Source: an uncultured Acidobacteriota bacterium
Lineage (GTDB): Bacteria; Acidobacteriota; Thermoanaerobaculia; Multivoradales; UBA5704
Direction of reading: 5' to 3'
Assembly: GCA_963700145.1 (NCBI GenBank)
Contig: OY969474.1
Span: 992,001 to 1,056,000, forward strand
Length of the DNA: 64,000 nucleotides
Shown: positions 1-9,875 of the stretch, piece by piece
Numbering within the stretch: the first letter of the stretch is position 1
Layout: each line of letters starts with the position of its first letter
Notes under the pieces: model-generated
Database searches by the model: none
Told to the model about the DNA's origin: nothing
What the model saw: only the letters and a program-made list of their open reading frames with translations
Made by a program: the position numbers and the translations under genes

Positions 1-3000
1 GCGAGGGCTGCGGCGTCGTGGTGCTAATGCGGCTCGACGCGGCGCGCGCCGCCGGGCGCCGGGTGCGCGCGGTGATCCGCGGCTGGGGCGTGTCCTCGGA
101 CGGCCGCGGCGGGCTGACGCGGCCGGAGGTGGAAGGGCAGATGCGGGCGCTCGCCCGCGCCTACGCGTGCGCCGGGCTGGCGATCGGCGAGGTCGCCTAC
201 TTCGAAGGGCACGGCACCGGCACCGCGGTGGGCGACGCAGCCGAGCTCGAGGCGCTGTCGCGGGCGCGCCGGCAGGACCGCGGCGACGAATGCGATGACC
301 GGGGAGGGCGGGCGCTCCCCGCCATCGGCTCGATCAAGGCGGTCATAGGACACACCAAGGCCGCGGCCGGGGTCGCCGGTCTGATCAAGGCGACGCTGGC
401 GCTCGAGGCGCAAGTGCTGCCGCCGACGATCGGCTGCGACGACCCGCACCCGCTCCTCGCCGGACCGGACGCCGCTCTGCGCGCGCCGGCGGCGGCGGAG
501 CCGTGGCCGGCGGCGGCACCGCTCCTCGCCGGCGTGAGCGCCATGGGGTTCGGCGGCATCAACGCGCACCTCGTGCTCGAGGGCGTGGCGGGCGAGCGGC
601 GGCGGCGGCTCGCCCCGGCCGAGCAGCTCCTCGCGGCATCGCCGCAGGACGCCGAGCTACTGCTGCTCGCGGCCGACGACGCGGCGGCGTTGGCACAGGA
701 GGTCGCGCGACTGGCGCGGCTCGCGCCCCGTCTTTCTCGGGCCGAGCTGGGGGACCTCACCGCGCGCCTCGCGGCCGACCTGCGGCCGGGGCGGCTGCGG
801 GCGGCGGTCGTGGCCGGCTCGCCCGCGGGTCTCGCGCGGCGCCTCGAGAAGCTCGCCGACTGGCTCGCCCTCCTGCCGCCGTCTGACGCCGATGACGTGG
901 GCTGCTGGCGGCAGCTCGACGCCGCGGACGGTGTCTTCCTGGGGCTCGGCGGACAGGCGCCACGGCTCGGCTTCCTCTTCCCCGGCCAAGGAGCGCCCGT
1001 TCCCGCCGCCGGCGGCGCACTGGCGCGGCGCTTCGCCGCCGCGGCCGAGGTCTACGCCGGGCTTGACCTGCCGTCCGTAGAGGACCGCATCGCCACCGCC
1101 GTCGCCCAGCCGGCCATCGCCGCCGCCACGCTCGCCGCGCTGAGGGTGCTCGAGCTGCTGCGGATCGAGGCCGCGGTCGCGGTCGGGCACAGCCTGGGGG
1201 AGCTTGCGGCGCTAACCTGGGCGGGAGCACTCGACGCCGCCGCGCTGGTGCGGGTGGCGGCGGCGCGCGGCCGGGCGATGGCGGAGGTCGACGCCCCGCC
1301 GGGAGCGATGGCCAGCCTGGCGGCGGCGCCGGAGGCGGTCGCGAGCTTCCTCGCCGGCGGCGAACTGGTGGTGGCCGCGTACAACACGCCGGCCGACACC
1401 GTGGTCTCCGGTCCGGCGGCCGCCGTCGAGCGCCTGATCGAGCGCGCCCGTGCCGCCGGTCTGCCGGCCTCGCGCCTCGCCGTCTCGCACGCCTTCCACG
1501 CGCCGGCCATGGCGGCGGCGGCACCGCGCCTGGCGGCGGCGCTGGCGGCGGAGGCTCTGCGGCCGCCGGTCCGCCGGGTCGTCTCGACGGTCACCGGCCG
1601 GCCGCTGCCGCCAGAGGTGGACCTCGTCCGCCTGCTCCTCGACCAGCTCACGCATCCGGTGCGCTTCGTCGCGGCGCTGGCCGCCGCCGGACCGGTGGAC
1701 CTCTGGATCGAGGTCGGCCCCGGCCGGGTGACGAGCGGCCTCGCCGCCTCCTGCGGCGCGGCGCCGGCGGTGCCGCTCGACGCCGGCGGGCCGTCGCTCC
1801 GCGGGCCGCTGCAGGCCGCGGGCGCCGCCTTCGCTCTCGGCGCGCCGGTTGCGGCGGCGGCGCTGTTCGCCGGGCGCTTCACACGGCCGTTCGATCCCGA
1901 GCGCCCGCTGCGCTTCCTCGCCAACCCCTGCGAGCGGGCGCCGGTAGCGCCTAACGATCTCGGCGCCGAGCCGAGCGTGAGGCAAAGAGAAGAAAGGAGT
2001 CCGATGGGGGCAGAACAAGCGCACGCTGCCGCCGACCCGCTGGCGGTCGTGCGCGGGCTCGTCGCCGAGCGCGCCGAGCTGCCGCTCGCGGCCGTGGACG
2101 AGACGAGCCGCCTGCTCGGCGATCTCCACCTGAGCTCGATCGCCGTCGGCCAGCTCGTCGTCGAGGCGGCGCGGCGGCTCGGGCGCGCGGCGCCGGCCGC
2201 GATCATCGAGTACGCCGGCGCCACCGTCGGCGAGGTGGCGCGTGCGCTCGCCGAGCAGCCGCAGCGCGACGAGGCGGCGGCCGAGCCCGAGCGCTGGCCG
2301 GCCGGAGTGGACGCCTGGCTGCGCGCCTTCATCCTCGCTTGGGTGGAGAGGCCGGCGGCGCCGCCGCGCCCGCTCCCCGTCGGCGGCGCCTGCGGCTGGC
2401 GCGTGATGGCGCCGGCCGGGCACCCGCTGGCCGAGCCGCTGCGCCGTGAGCTGGCGCGGGCCACGGGCGGGGGCGTCGCCGTGTGCCTGCCGGCGGAGCC
2501 CGGCGCCGCCACTCCCGGTCTCCTCCTCGCCGCCGCGCACGCGGTCATGGCGCTACCGCGGCCGGCCTGCTTCGTGGCGGTGCAGGCCGCGGGATGGGGA
2601 GGTGGGTTCGCGCGCACTCTCCATTTGGAACGGCCGGATCTCGCCACCGCCGTCGTCGAGGTTCCCTTGGTGGCGCCGGACGGCCATCCGGCCAGCATCG
2701 CGGCTTGGGTGGCGCGCGAGGCCGCGGCGGCGCTCGCCGCCGGCGGCTATCACGAGGCGCGCTACGACGACGCCGGGCGGCGCAGCGAGCCGGTCCTCCG
2801 CCTGCTCGCCGAGCCGCCGCTCGACGTCGAGCCCGCCGCCCCCGCCGCGCTCCCTCTCGGTCCAGACGACGTCCTCCTGGTCACCGGCGGCGGCAAGGGG
2901 ATCGGCGCCGAGTGCGCGCTGGCGCTGGCTCGCGCGAGCGGCGCGCGGCTGGCCCTCCTCGGCCGCTCGCGGCCCGAAGAGGACGGCGCGCTGGCCGCGA

Positions 3001-5057
3001 ACCTCGAGCGCCTGCGCGCCGCCGGGGTGGCCTTCGCCTACCTGAACGCCGACGTCACCGATCCCGACGCGGTCGCGGCGGCGGTGCGCGCAGCGGAGCG
3101 CCGGCTCGGGCCGGTCACCGCCGTGCTCCACGCCGCGGGAAGCAACTCCCCGTGCCTCGTGGCGGCGCTCGACGAGGCGGCGTTCCGCCGCACCCTGGGG
3201 CCCAAGGTCGACGGCCTCGCGCACGTGCTCTGGGCGCTCGATCCGGCGCGCCTCCGCCTGCTGGTCGCCTTCGGCTCGATCATCGGCCGCACCGGTCTGC
3301 CCGGCGAGGCCGACTACGGCGTCGCCAACGAGTGGCTGGCGCGCCGCGTCGAGGCGTTCGCGGCGGCGTTCCCGGCCTGCCGCTGCCTCACCGTCGAGTG
3401 GTCGGTCTGGTCGGGGGTCGGCATGGGCGAGCGACTCGGCCGTGTGGAGGCGCTGCTGCGCGAGGGGATCACGCCGATCCCGCCCGACGGCGGAGTCGCG
3501 GCGCTCCTCGCGCTGCTGCGCCGGCCGCCGCCGGCGACCTCGGTCGTGGTCTGCGGCCGCTTCGGCGACCCGCCGACGCTGCGCCTTGAGCGCCGCGAGC
3601 TGCCGCTGCTCCGCTTTCTCGAGGTGCCGCGCGTCCACGTGCCGGGTGTGGAGCTGGTGGTGGAGAGCGATCTCTCGGCCGATTCCGACCCCTACTTCGC
3701 CGACCACCAGCTCGCGGGCGAGCGCCTGCTGCCGGCGGTGATCGGGCTCGAGGCGATGGCGCAGGCCGCGATGGCGGTCGCCGGTGCGACGGCGCTGCCG
3801 GTCTTCGAGGAGGTCGCGTTCCTGCGCCCGGTCGGGCTCCCGGCCGCCGGCCGGACGCGGCTGCGCATCGCGGCGCTCGGACGCGAGCCGGGGCGGGTGG
3901 AGGTGGTCCTCCGCTGCGCCGCGACCGGCTTCGCGGCCGACCACTTCCGCGCCACCTGCAGCTTCACGGCGGGGCGCCCCGAGGCGGCGACGCCGGCGGG
4001 CGCGGCGCCCGCCGACGAGCCGCCGGCGCGCCTCGCGCTCGACCCCCAGCGCGAGCTCTACGGCGACCTGCTGTTCCACGGCGCCCGCTTCCAGCGTCTG
4101 AGCGGTTACCGGCGGCTGCGCGCCACCGAGTGCCTCGCCGAGATCTCGCCTGACGGTCATACCGAGTGGTTCGGGAGCTACCTGCCCGCGACTCTGGTGT
4201 TGGGCGACCCCGGCGCCCGCGACGCCGCGCTGCACGGCGTGCAGGCCTGCGTGCCACACGCGACTCTCCTGCCGATCGGCGTCGAGCGGATCGAGACCGC
4301 GCCGCTCGCCACCGATCAGCCGTGCCGCGTCACTGCCCGCGAGCGGCGGCGCGACGGGAACACCTTCGTCTTCGACCTCGAGATCGCCGACGCCGGCGGC
4401 GCCCGCGAGCGCTGGCTGGGGCTCCGCCTGCGCGCCGTCGCCGCGCTGTCGCCGCGCGCCGCCTGGCCGCTGCCGCTCCTCGCTCCCTACGTCGAGCGCC
4501 GGCTCGAGGAGCTGCTGCCGGCGGGCCGGCTGGCGGTCGTCCTGGAGCGCGCCGCCCGGGGCGAGCGCCGCGCCGCCGCCGGCCGGGCGCTGGCCGCCGC
4601 GCTCGGGACCGCCGCCGTCGTTGCCCGCCGTCCCGACGGCCGGCCGGAGGGGCCCGGCGGCCGCGCCGTCTCGGTGGCGCACACGGTGGGCCTGGTGCTG
4701 GCGGTGACCGGCGCCGGTCCGCTCGGCTGCGACCTCGAGCCGGTCGCGGACCGCCCGCCGGAAGCCTGGCGCAGCCTCCTCGGGAGCGAGCGGTCGGCGC
4801 TCGCGGCGCTGCTCGGCCGCGAGCGCGGCGAGGACGCGGCGGCCGCGGCGACGCGCGTCTGGACCGCGGCCGAGTGCCTGAAGAAGGCCGGCGCCCCGGC
4901 CGCAGCGCCGCTGGTGCTGGCCGGCGGCACGGCCGACGGCTGGGTGCTGCTGCGCTCGGGACGGCTGCAGGTGGCGACGCTGGTGACCGGCATCGGCGCG
5001 GAGAGCGGGCGTCTGGCGCTGGCGGTGGCGGCGGAGGCGGTCGATGCCCTTCTTTGA
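1..5057 (+). CDS. pksE: Enediyne iterative type I polyketide synthase (PKSE), 5'-truncated by the window edge
   Basis: Frame is open from the window start (EGCGVVVL). KS motifs EGHGTGTAVGD and GSIKAVIGHTKAAAG; AT GHSLGE and HAFH; central ACP LGDLHLSSIAVGQL; KR TGGGKGIG and YGVANEW; DH DPYFADH..LLPAV; C-terminal PPTase GCDLE..WTAAECLKK. This domain order is diagnostic of PKSE. Confidence 0.96.
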   Translation, partial: EGCGVVVLMRLDAARAAGRRVRAVIRGWGVSSDGRGGLTRPEVEGQMRALARAYACAGLAIGEVAYFEGHGTGTAVGDAAELEALSRARRQDRGDECDDRGGRALPAIGSIKAVIGHTKAAAGVAGLIKATLALEAQVLPPTIGCDDPHPLLAGPDAALRAPAAAEPWPAAAPLLAGVSAMGFGGINAHLVLEGVAGERRRRLAPAEQLLAASPQDAELLLLAADDAAALAQEVARLARLAPRLSRAELGDLTARLAADLRPGRLRAAVVAGSPAGLARRLEKLADWLALLPPSDADDVGCWRQLDAADGVFLGLGGQAPRLGFLFPGQGAPVPAAGGALARRFAAAAEVYAGLDLPSVEDRIATAVAQPAIAAATLAALRVLELLRIEAAVAVGHSLGELAALTWAGALDAAALVRVAAARGRAMAEVDAPPGAMASLAAAPEAVASFLAGGELVVAAYNTPADTVVSGPAAAVERLIERARAAGLPASRLAVSHAFHAPAMAAAAPRLAAALAAEALRPPVRRVVSTVTGRPLPPEVDLVRLLLDQLTHPVRFVAALAAAGPVDLWIEVGPGRVTSGLAASCGAAPAVPLDAGGPSLRGPLQAAGAAFALGAPVAAAALFAGRFTRPFDPERPLRFLANPCERAPVAPNDLGAEPSVRQREERSPMGAEQAHAAADPLAVVRGLVAERAELPLAAVDETSRLLGDLHLSSIAVGQLVVEAARRLGRAAPAAIIEYAGATVGEVARALAEQPQRDEAAAEPERWPAGVDAWLRAFILAWVERPAAPPRPLPVGGACGWRVMAPAGHPLAEPLRRELARATGGGVAVCLPAEPGAATPGLLLAAAHAVMALPRPACFVAVQAAGWGGGFARTLHLERPDLATAVVEVPLVAPDGHPASIAAWVAREAAAALAAGGYHEARYDDAGRRSEPVLRLLAEPPLDVEPAAPAALPLGPDDVLLVTGGGKGIGAECALALARASGARLALLGRSRPEEDGALAANLERLRAAGVAFAYLNADVTDPDAVAAAVRAAERRLGPVTAVLHAAGSNSPCLVAALDEAAFRRTLGPKVDGLAHVLWALDPARLRLLVAFGSIIGRTGLPGEADYGVANEWLARRVEAFAAAFPACRCLTVEWSVWSGVGMGERLGRVEALLREGITPIPPDGGVAALLALLRRPPPATSVVVCGRFGDPPTLRLERRELPLLRFLEVPRVHVPGVELVVESDLSADSDPYFADHQLAGERLLPAVIGLEAMAQAAMAVAGATALPVFEEVAFLRPVGLPAAGRTRLRIAALGREPGRVEVVLRCAATGFAADHFRATCSFTAGRPEAATPAGAAPADEPPARLALDPQRELYGDLLFHGARFQRLSGYRRLRATECLAEISPDGHTEWFGSYLPATLVLGDPGARDAALHGVQACVPHATLLPIGVERIETAPLATDQPCRVTARERRRDGNTFVFDLEIADAGGARERWLGLRLRAVAALSPRAAWPLPLLAPYVERRLEELLPAGRLAVVLERAARGERRAAAGRALAAALGTAAVVARRPDGRPEGPGGRAVSVAHTVGLVLAVTGAGPLGCDLEPVADRPPEAWRSLLGSERSALAALLGRERGEDAAAAATRVWTAAECLKKAGAPAAAPLVLAGGTADGWVLLRSGRLQVATLVTGIGAESGRLALAVAAEAVDALL

Positions 5058-5469
5058 GCAGCGCCACGTGGTCGCCTTCGAGGACACGAACCTGGTGGGC
5101 AACGTCTATTACGTGAACTACCTGAGCTGGCAGGGACGGTGCCGCGAGATGTTCATCCGCGCCTACTGCCCGGAGCTGCTCGCCGAGCTGGCCGGCGGGC
5201 TGGCCCTGGTCACCACCCGCTGCTCGTGCGATTTCCTGCGCGAGCTCGCGGCGTTCGACGAGGTGGCGGTGCGCATGCGCCTGGGCGAGCTCGGGCAGAG
5301 CCGCGTGACCATGCTCTTCGACTATTGGCGGCTGGCCGCCGAGGGCGAGGAGCTGGTGGCGCGAGGCGAGCAGCAGGTGGCCTTCATGCGGCGCGAGGCG
5401 GACCGGCTGGTGCCGGCGCCGGTCGCGCCGCGCTTCCGGGAGGCCGTCCAGGCCTTCGTCACGCAGTGA
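5044..5469 (+). CDS. Enediyne hot-dog-fold thioesterase (SgcE10/CalE7/DynE7-like)
   Basis: HVVAFEDTNLVGNVYYVNYLSWQGRCRE signature; overlaps the pksE stop by 14 nt. Confidence 0.95.
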   Translation: MPFFEQRHVVAFEDTNLVGNVYYVNYLSWQGRCREMFIRAYCPELLAELAGGLALVTTRCSCDFLRELAAFDEVAVRMRLGELGQSRVTMLFDYWRLAAEGEELVARGEQQVAFMRREADRLVPAPVAPRFREAVQAFVTQ

Positions 5470-5498
5470 GCGCGGCGCGAGCCGCAGGAGGAGAGGCG

Positions 5499-6425
5499 AT
5501 GGCGATTCCACTCGCGGGCGGCGCACGGCCGGACACCATCCAGGCCCACCGCCGGGCTGTGGACCGGGTCATCCAGGCGATGCACGAGAACCTCGCCGAG
5601 GAGTTCTCGCTCGAGGACATGGCCGACGTGGCGCTCATCAGCCCCTATCACTTCAACCGCGTCTTCCACCAGGTGGCCGGCGTGCCTCCCTGCCAGTTCC
5701 TGAGCGCGCTGCGCCTCTGGCACGCCAAGCGCCTGCTGCTGACGACGCACCTCAAAGTGACCGACATCTGCTTCGAGGTGGGCTACAACAGCCTCGGCAC
5801 CTTCACCCGCCGCTTCACCGACCTCGTCGGGGTGCCGCCGCAGCGTCTGCGGGCGCTGGGCCGCTCGGGTGGGCTCGAGTCGCTCATGGAGCGGCTCCGC
5901 GCGAGCCTCGTCGCGCACGCCGCGGAGGCGGCGGACGCCATCGGCGGCGAGACCGCCGGCGGGCCGGCCCCGGGCAGGACCCCCGCGGCGCGCGCCGGCG
6001 CCCGCGGCGGCCCGGCGGGCCTGCACGGCGTGGCGCACGCGCCGGCGGGCTTCCACGGGCCAGTCTTCGTCGGCCTCTTCGCCAGCTCGCTGCCGCAGGG
6101 ACGGCCGCTCGCCTGCACCGTCCTGGCGCAGCCCGGGAGCTTCCACATCGCGCGCCCGCCGGACGGCACGCTCCACCTCTTCGCCGCCGCGGTCGAGCCC
6201 CGGGCGCAGGACGCCGCCGAGCACCTGCTCTTCGAGCGGGCGCTGCGCGGCACCGCCGGCGGGCGGGTGGTCAGGGTGCGCAACGGCGCTGCGGCGGCGC
6301 CGGTCGATCTCGTGCTGCGCGCCCCCGAGGCGGTCGATCCGCCCATCCTGCTGACCTTCCCAGTGCTGCTCGCCGAGCGGCTGGTGGGAGCCCCAGCCGC
6401 AGCGCCCGGCGCGGCGGTGAACTGA
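5499..6425 (+). CDS. AraC-family transcriptional regulator (N-terminal HTH pair plus C-terminal domain)
   Basis: SLEDMADVALISPYHFNRVF and VTDICFEVGYNSLGTFTRRF; GGAGGAG SD before ATG 5499. Confidence 0.92.
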   Translation: MAIPLAGGARPDTIQAHRRAVDRVIQAMHENLAEEFSLEDMADVALISPYHFNRVFHQVAGVPPCQFLSALRLWHAKRLLLTTHLKVTDICFEVGYNSLGTFTRRFTDLVGVPPQRLRALGRSGGLESLMERLRASLVAHAAEAADAIGGETAGGPAPGRTPAARAGARGGPAGLHGVAHAPAGFHGPVFVGLFASSLPQGRPLACTVLAQPGSFHIARPPDGTLHLFAAAVEPRAQDAAEHLLFERALRGTAGGRVVRVRNGAAAAPVDLVLRAPEAVDPPILLTFPVLLAERLVGAPAAAPGAAVN

Positions 6426-6466
6426 GCGCGCCCCTGGCGCGCAGGACGAGCGTGGAGGAACGAACC

Positions 6467-8026
6467 ATGAGCCACCGATCCCACCACATCGCGCAACTCT
6501 CCCTGTTGCTCGCCGTCGCCGTCGCCTTCGGCTACCTGCTCGGCACACAAGGAACGCTCGTCTGGGGCCTCGACGGGCCGCGGAACGAGCAGCCGGCACC
6601 GCGCACGACCTCCGACGGCATGGTCGCCCCTTCGCCTCCCGCCGCGGCCGCCGACTGGCGCCGCCCGTACCCGCAGCTCCAGCCGCTCGGCGAGGTGCTC
6701 GCGCCGTTCCCGGCGGCGGCGCCCGGCACGCTCGTGCCGCAGGATCTGTACCGCTACGGCGGCCGCGGCAAGCGCGAGTTCGCCTCGGTCGACGACGTGC
6801 CGGAGTTCGCCGCCTTCCACCGCGCGATGGCGGCGCAGAAGCCGCAGGTGATGGCCGCGCGCCGCGACTATCTCGAGCGCCGCTACGAGCTGTCCGGCCA
6901 CACCGCGGCGGACGCCGCGATGACGCGCGGCAAGCCGCTGCCCGTGGGACCGGTGGTGCGGCTCCCCGCAGCGGTCGCCTCGTGGGAGGAGCTGGCGGCG
7001 CTGCCACCCGCGGAGATCCTCCGCCGCGATCTCCTTCCCGAGGGGTTTCGCCCGCTCTCGCACCCCCTCCACTCGACCGGTCACGCCCTCTTTCCCGGTC
7101 CCTGGGTGACGGCCCACCCCGAGCACCGGCGCTTCGACGTCGACTTCGACCTGCCCGAGGCCTATCTGCCGGAGTTCCCGCCGCCGCTGTTCTTGACCAC
7201 CCGCCCCGATCTGGGCGACGTCTCGCAGGGCAAGGAGGTCAACCAAGCCAACTTCCGCGAGCTTTTCGAAGGCGTCTTGACGCCTGAGCAGCTCGAAGGG
7301 CTGCGCCTGCTGGTGACGCCGGCGGCCACCACCTGGTTCAACCACACGAAGCACCGCGTCACCGTCCAGCCGTCGCGCGGCGTCGCCTGCCTCGACTGCC
7401 ACGTCAACGGCCACACCAACGGCGCCATCGTCCTCGACCCCGGCTCGCGGCCGACCCTGGCGCGCACGCGCCTGGACACGCCGAGCCTCCGCGGCAACAA
7501 CGTCAACGCACTCTTCTCCGCGCGCCGCTCGATCCGCTCGCTCGACCATTTCGCTGAGGTCGAGGAGTACTTCGACGGCGACATCTCGATCCAGCCGCAG
7601 ATCGGCGGCCGCCAGCTCGACAAGCCCTCGACCAACCGCATGGGCGACTTCAACGCCATCGTCGGCTTCCCGCCGGCGCCCAAGCTCACTCGCCTGGGGC
7701 GCCTCGACCAGCGGCAAGCGAGCGCCGGCGAGCTGCGCGGTGAGCGCCTGTTCTTCGGCAAGGCGCAGTGCGGCACCTGCCATCCGGCTCCGTACTACCT
7801 CGACAACTCGATGCACGACCTGCGGGTCGAGGAGCTCTACCGCGGCCGGGCCGAGGGCTGGATCAAGACCTTCTCCTTGCGCGGCATCAAGGACAGCCCG
7901 CCCTACCTCCACGACGGCCGTCTGCCGACCCTCGAGGACACGGTCGAGTTCTTCAACCTGCTGCTCGGGACGCGGCTGACCCACGAGGAGAAGCGCGACG
8001 TGGTGGCATTCCTGCGCTGCCTGTAA
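6467..8026 (+). CDS. Exported di-heme cytochrome c, cytochrome c peroxidase-like
   Basis: N-terminal hydrophobic segment; CLDCH and CGTCH heme motifs; TPSLRG and PPYLHDGR. Confidence 0.85.
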   Translation: MSHRSHHIAQLSLLLAVAVAFGYLLGTQGTLVWGLDGPRNEQPAPRTTSDGMVAPSPPAAAADWRRPYPQLQPLGEVLAPFPAAAPGTLVPQDLYRYGGRGKREFASVDDVPEFAAFHRAMAAQKPQVMAARRDYLERRYELSGHTAADAAMTRGKPLPVGPVVRLPAAVASWEELAALPPAEILRRDLLPEGFRPLSHPLHSTGHALFPGPWVTAHPEHRRFDVDFDLPEAYLPEFPPPLFLTTRPDLGDVSQGKEVNQANFRELFEGVLTPEQLEGLRLLVTPAATTWFNHTKHRVTVQPSRGVACLDCHVNGHTNGAIVLDPGSRPTLARTRLDTPSLRGNNVNALFSARRSIRSLDHFAEVEEYFDGDISIQPQIGGRQLDKPSTNRMGDFNAIVGFPPAPKLTRLGRLDQRQASAGELRGERLFFGKAQCGTCHPAPYYLDNSMHDLRVEELYRGRAEGWIKTFSLRGIKDSPPYLHDGRLPTLEDTVEFFNLLLGTRLTHEEKRDVVAFLRCL

Positions 8027-8064
8027 GGAGCCTCGGCGGCCGCGGCGGTCGGGCCCTTCAGCCC

Positions 8065-8106
8065 CGCAATCTAGGAGAAGACAACCCTCCGGCGGCTGCA
8101 TAGCCT
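8065..8106 (+). promoter_or_regulatory. Cluster box CGCAATCTAGGAGAAG, 20 nt, then -10-like TAGCCT
   Basis: One of seven copies with conserved spacing to a TA-led hexamer. Confidence 0.75.
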
Positions 8107-8152
8107 GCGGGGAAAGGCCGGCGCAGGCGCGAGCCGTCGGAGGGCCACCGGA

Positions 8153-8938
8153 ATGCACGGAACCAAGCAGGGCGCAGCGGCAGTCCTCCTCCTCCTCGCC
8201 GCCGCGGGGGCCTTCGCGGCGCCGACCGTCCCGGCGCCGCCGCCCGGCGGCGACGTCGGGCCCACCGATCTCTCGGTCTGCGACGGCGCGCGGCCGCTGC
8301 CGGAACCCGGCGAGCCGGTCGACGCCGCCGAGTTCGCGCGCCGGCTGCACGGCACCTGGGCGCTGGCCAACCGCACCATCCGCGGCCTGACGATCGACAC
8401 CAACTCCACCTTCTATTTCGACCTCGGCGTCGCCGGCGGCAAGGCCACCGGCACGGCGGTGCTGATCGACTACGGCAACCTCGAGGTGCTCGACCCGCTG
8501 AACCGCTGCGCCGCCTGCCTCGCCGACGCCACCGTCTCGGCGCTCTGGGAGGTCACGGTCGAGCCGCGCGGCGAGGCGATCGAGCTGATCATGGCCGGCG
8601 AGTACTACGGCTCCTACGGCGAGTTCCAGAAGGGAGTGCGCGCCACCGAGCGCTCCTCGTTCCTGCGCCGCGGCGGCCAGTACCTCTCGGGCAAGCTGGT
8701 GACGCCGGGCGGCGGCTTCGGCCAGGCTGACGACGTGTGGGACCGCGTCGGTCTCGCCGGCGACACGCTCACCTACGTCTCGTGCGAGGGACTCTACGTC
8801 GAGCGCTACGTGAAGGTCGGCACCGAGACGCCGCGCCTCGACGGCCTGCCGCTGCGGGAGGCCTGGGCGCGGCGCAAGCAGGAGGGGTCGCTGCTGCGCC
8901 CGGTGCCGGTGGCGCCGGCGTGGAAGAGCGGCACCTGA
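8153..8938 (+). CDS. Secreted hypothetical protein, paralog A1 (possible lipocalin-like beta-barrel)
   Basis: Signal peptide ending AFA; RLHGTW..FYFDL..WDR..LTYVSCE..ERYVKV shared with the next gene. Confidence 0.8.
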   Translation: MHGTKQGAAAVLLLLAAAGAFAAPTVPAPPPGGDVGPTDLSVCDGARPLPEPGEPVDAAEFARRLHGTWALANRTIRGLTIDTNSTFYFDLGVAGGKATGTAVLIDYGNLEVLDPLNRCAACLADATVSALWEVTVEPRGEAIELIMAGEYYGSYGEFQKGVRATERSSFLRRGGQYLSGKLVTPGGGFGQADDVWDRVGLAGDTLTYVSCEGLYVERYVKVGTETPRLDGLPLREAWARRKQEGSLLRPVPVAPAWKSGT

Positions 8939-9004
8939 GCGCGGCCGGCCGACCGCCGGCGTGGTTTGACGAGCAACGACGGTTCAAGGAGAAAGGAGAC
9001 GACG

Positions 9005-9796
9005 ATGGGAACGCAACAGCGAAAGCGGGCCTGGGGCCTGGGCTCGCGGGCGCTCGCCGCCGCGGCCCTGCTGGTGCTCGCGGCGGCCGCCGCGTCCGCC
9101 TTCGTGCCTTCGGCCGAGGAAGAGCTGGCCCGTGTCTACCCGCCGGCGCTCAAGTCTGACCTCGGTTCTTGCCACGACCCTGCCGCGCGCGTCACGCCGG
9201 ACACGCAGGCCGACCTCGCCACCTTTGGCGGCCGCCTCAACGGCACGTGGAAGCTGCGCTCGCGCACCCAGCAGGGGCTGAGCGTCGACACCAAGGGGCG
9301 CAACAGCCGCCTGTACTTCGACCTCGGCGCGGTCGAGGGCAACCGGGTGAGCGGCGCGGCGCTGCTGGTGGACAAGCCGAGCGAAGGCGCCGCCAAGGCC
9401 GACAACGCCGTGGCCGGGTTCTGGCGGCTGTCGCTCACCCGCACCGAGCAGGGGCGGATCGCCGTCAGCCTCGAAGGCGAGTCGGTGGGCGGCTACGCCA
9501 ACGTGCGCGCCGCCAGCAGGCAGCGTCATCAGTTCTTCGAGCAGGACGGGGTGTTCGTCTCGATCTTCGACAACAGCGTCCCGGCGCCGACTTGGGACCG
9601 CATCGTCGTCATGGGCAACAGCCTGACCTACGTCTCCTGCGAGGACGGCGTCGTCGAGCGGTACGTCAAGGTGGCGAGCCAGAAACCGCGGATCGAGGGC
9701 GCCTCGCTCGAGGAGTATTGGCAGAAGCTGCGTAGCGAGGGGAAGGTCGCCCGGCTCACCGGGATGCCGACGATCTCGCGCGCTCTCGGCCGCTGA
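9005..9796 (+). CDS. Secreted hypothetical protein, paralog A2
   Basis: AAGGAG SD; signal peptide; RLNGTW..LYFDL..WDR..LTYVSCE..ERYVKV. Confidence 0.8.
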   Translation: MGTQQRKRAWGLGSRALAAAALLVLAAAAASAFVPSAEEELARVYPPALKSDLGSCHDPAARVTPDTQADLATFGGRLNGTWKLRSRTQQGLSVDTKGRNSRLYFDLGAVEGNRVSGAALLVDKPSEGAAKADNAVAGFWRLSLTRTEQGRIAVSLEGESVGGYANVRAASRQRHQFFEQDGVFVSIFDNSVPAPTWDRIVVMGNSLTYVSCEDGVVERYVKVASQKPRIEGASLEEYWQKLRSEGKVARLTGMPTISRALGR

Positions 9797-9875
9797 CGCG
9801 AGCGCGACCTCGCGCTGCTCGTGAGGGGCGGCGGGTGCCGCCCCAGACAGCCTGTCTGACGTCCGGAGGTCGCCC

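Noticed and set aside
8936-9005. TGA of paralog A1 is in frame with paralog A2 (possible readthrough)
   Set aside because: A2 has its own SD and signal peptide, and there is no convincing SECIS-like hairpin at the right distance.
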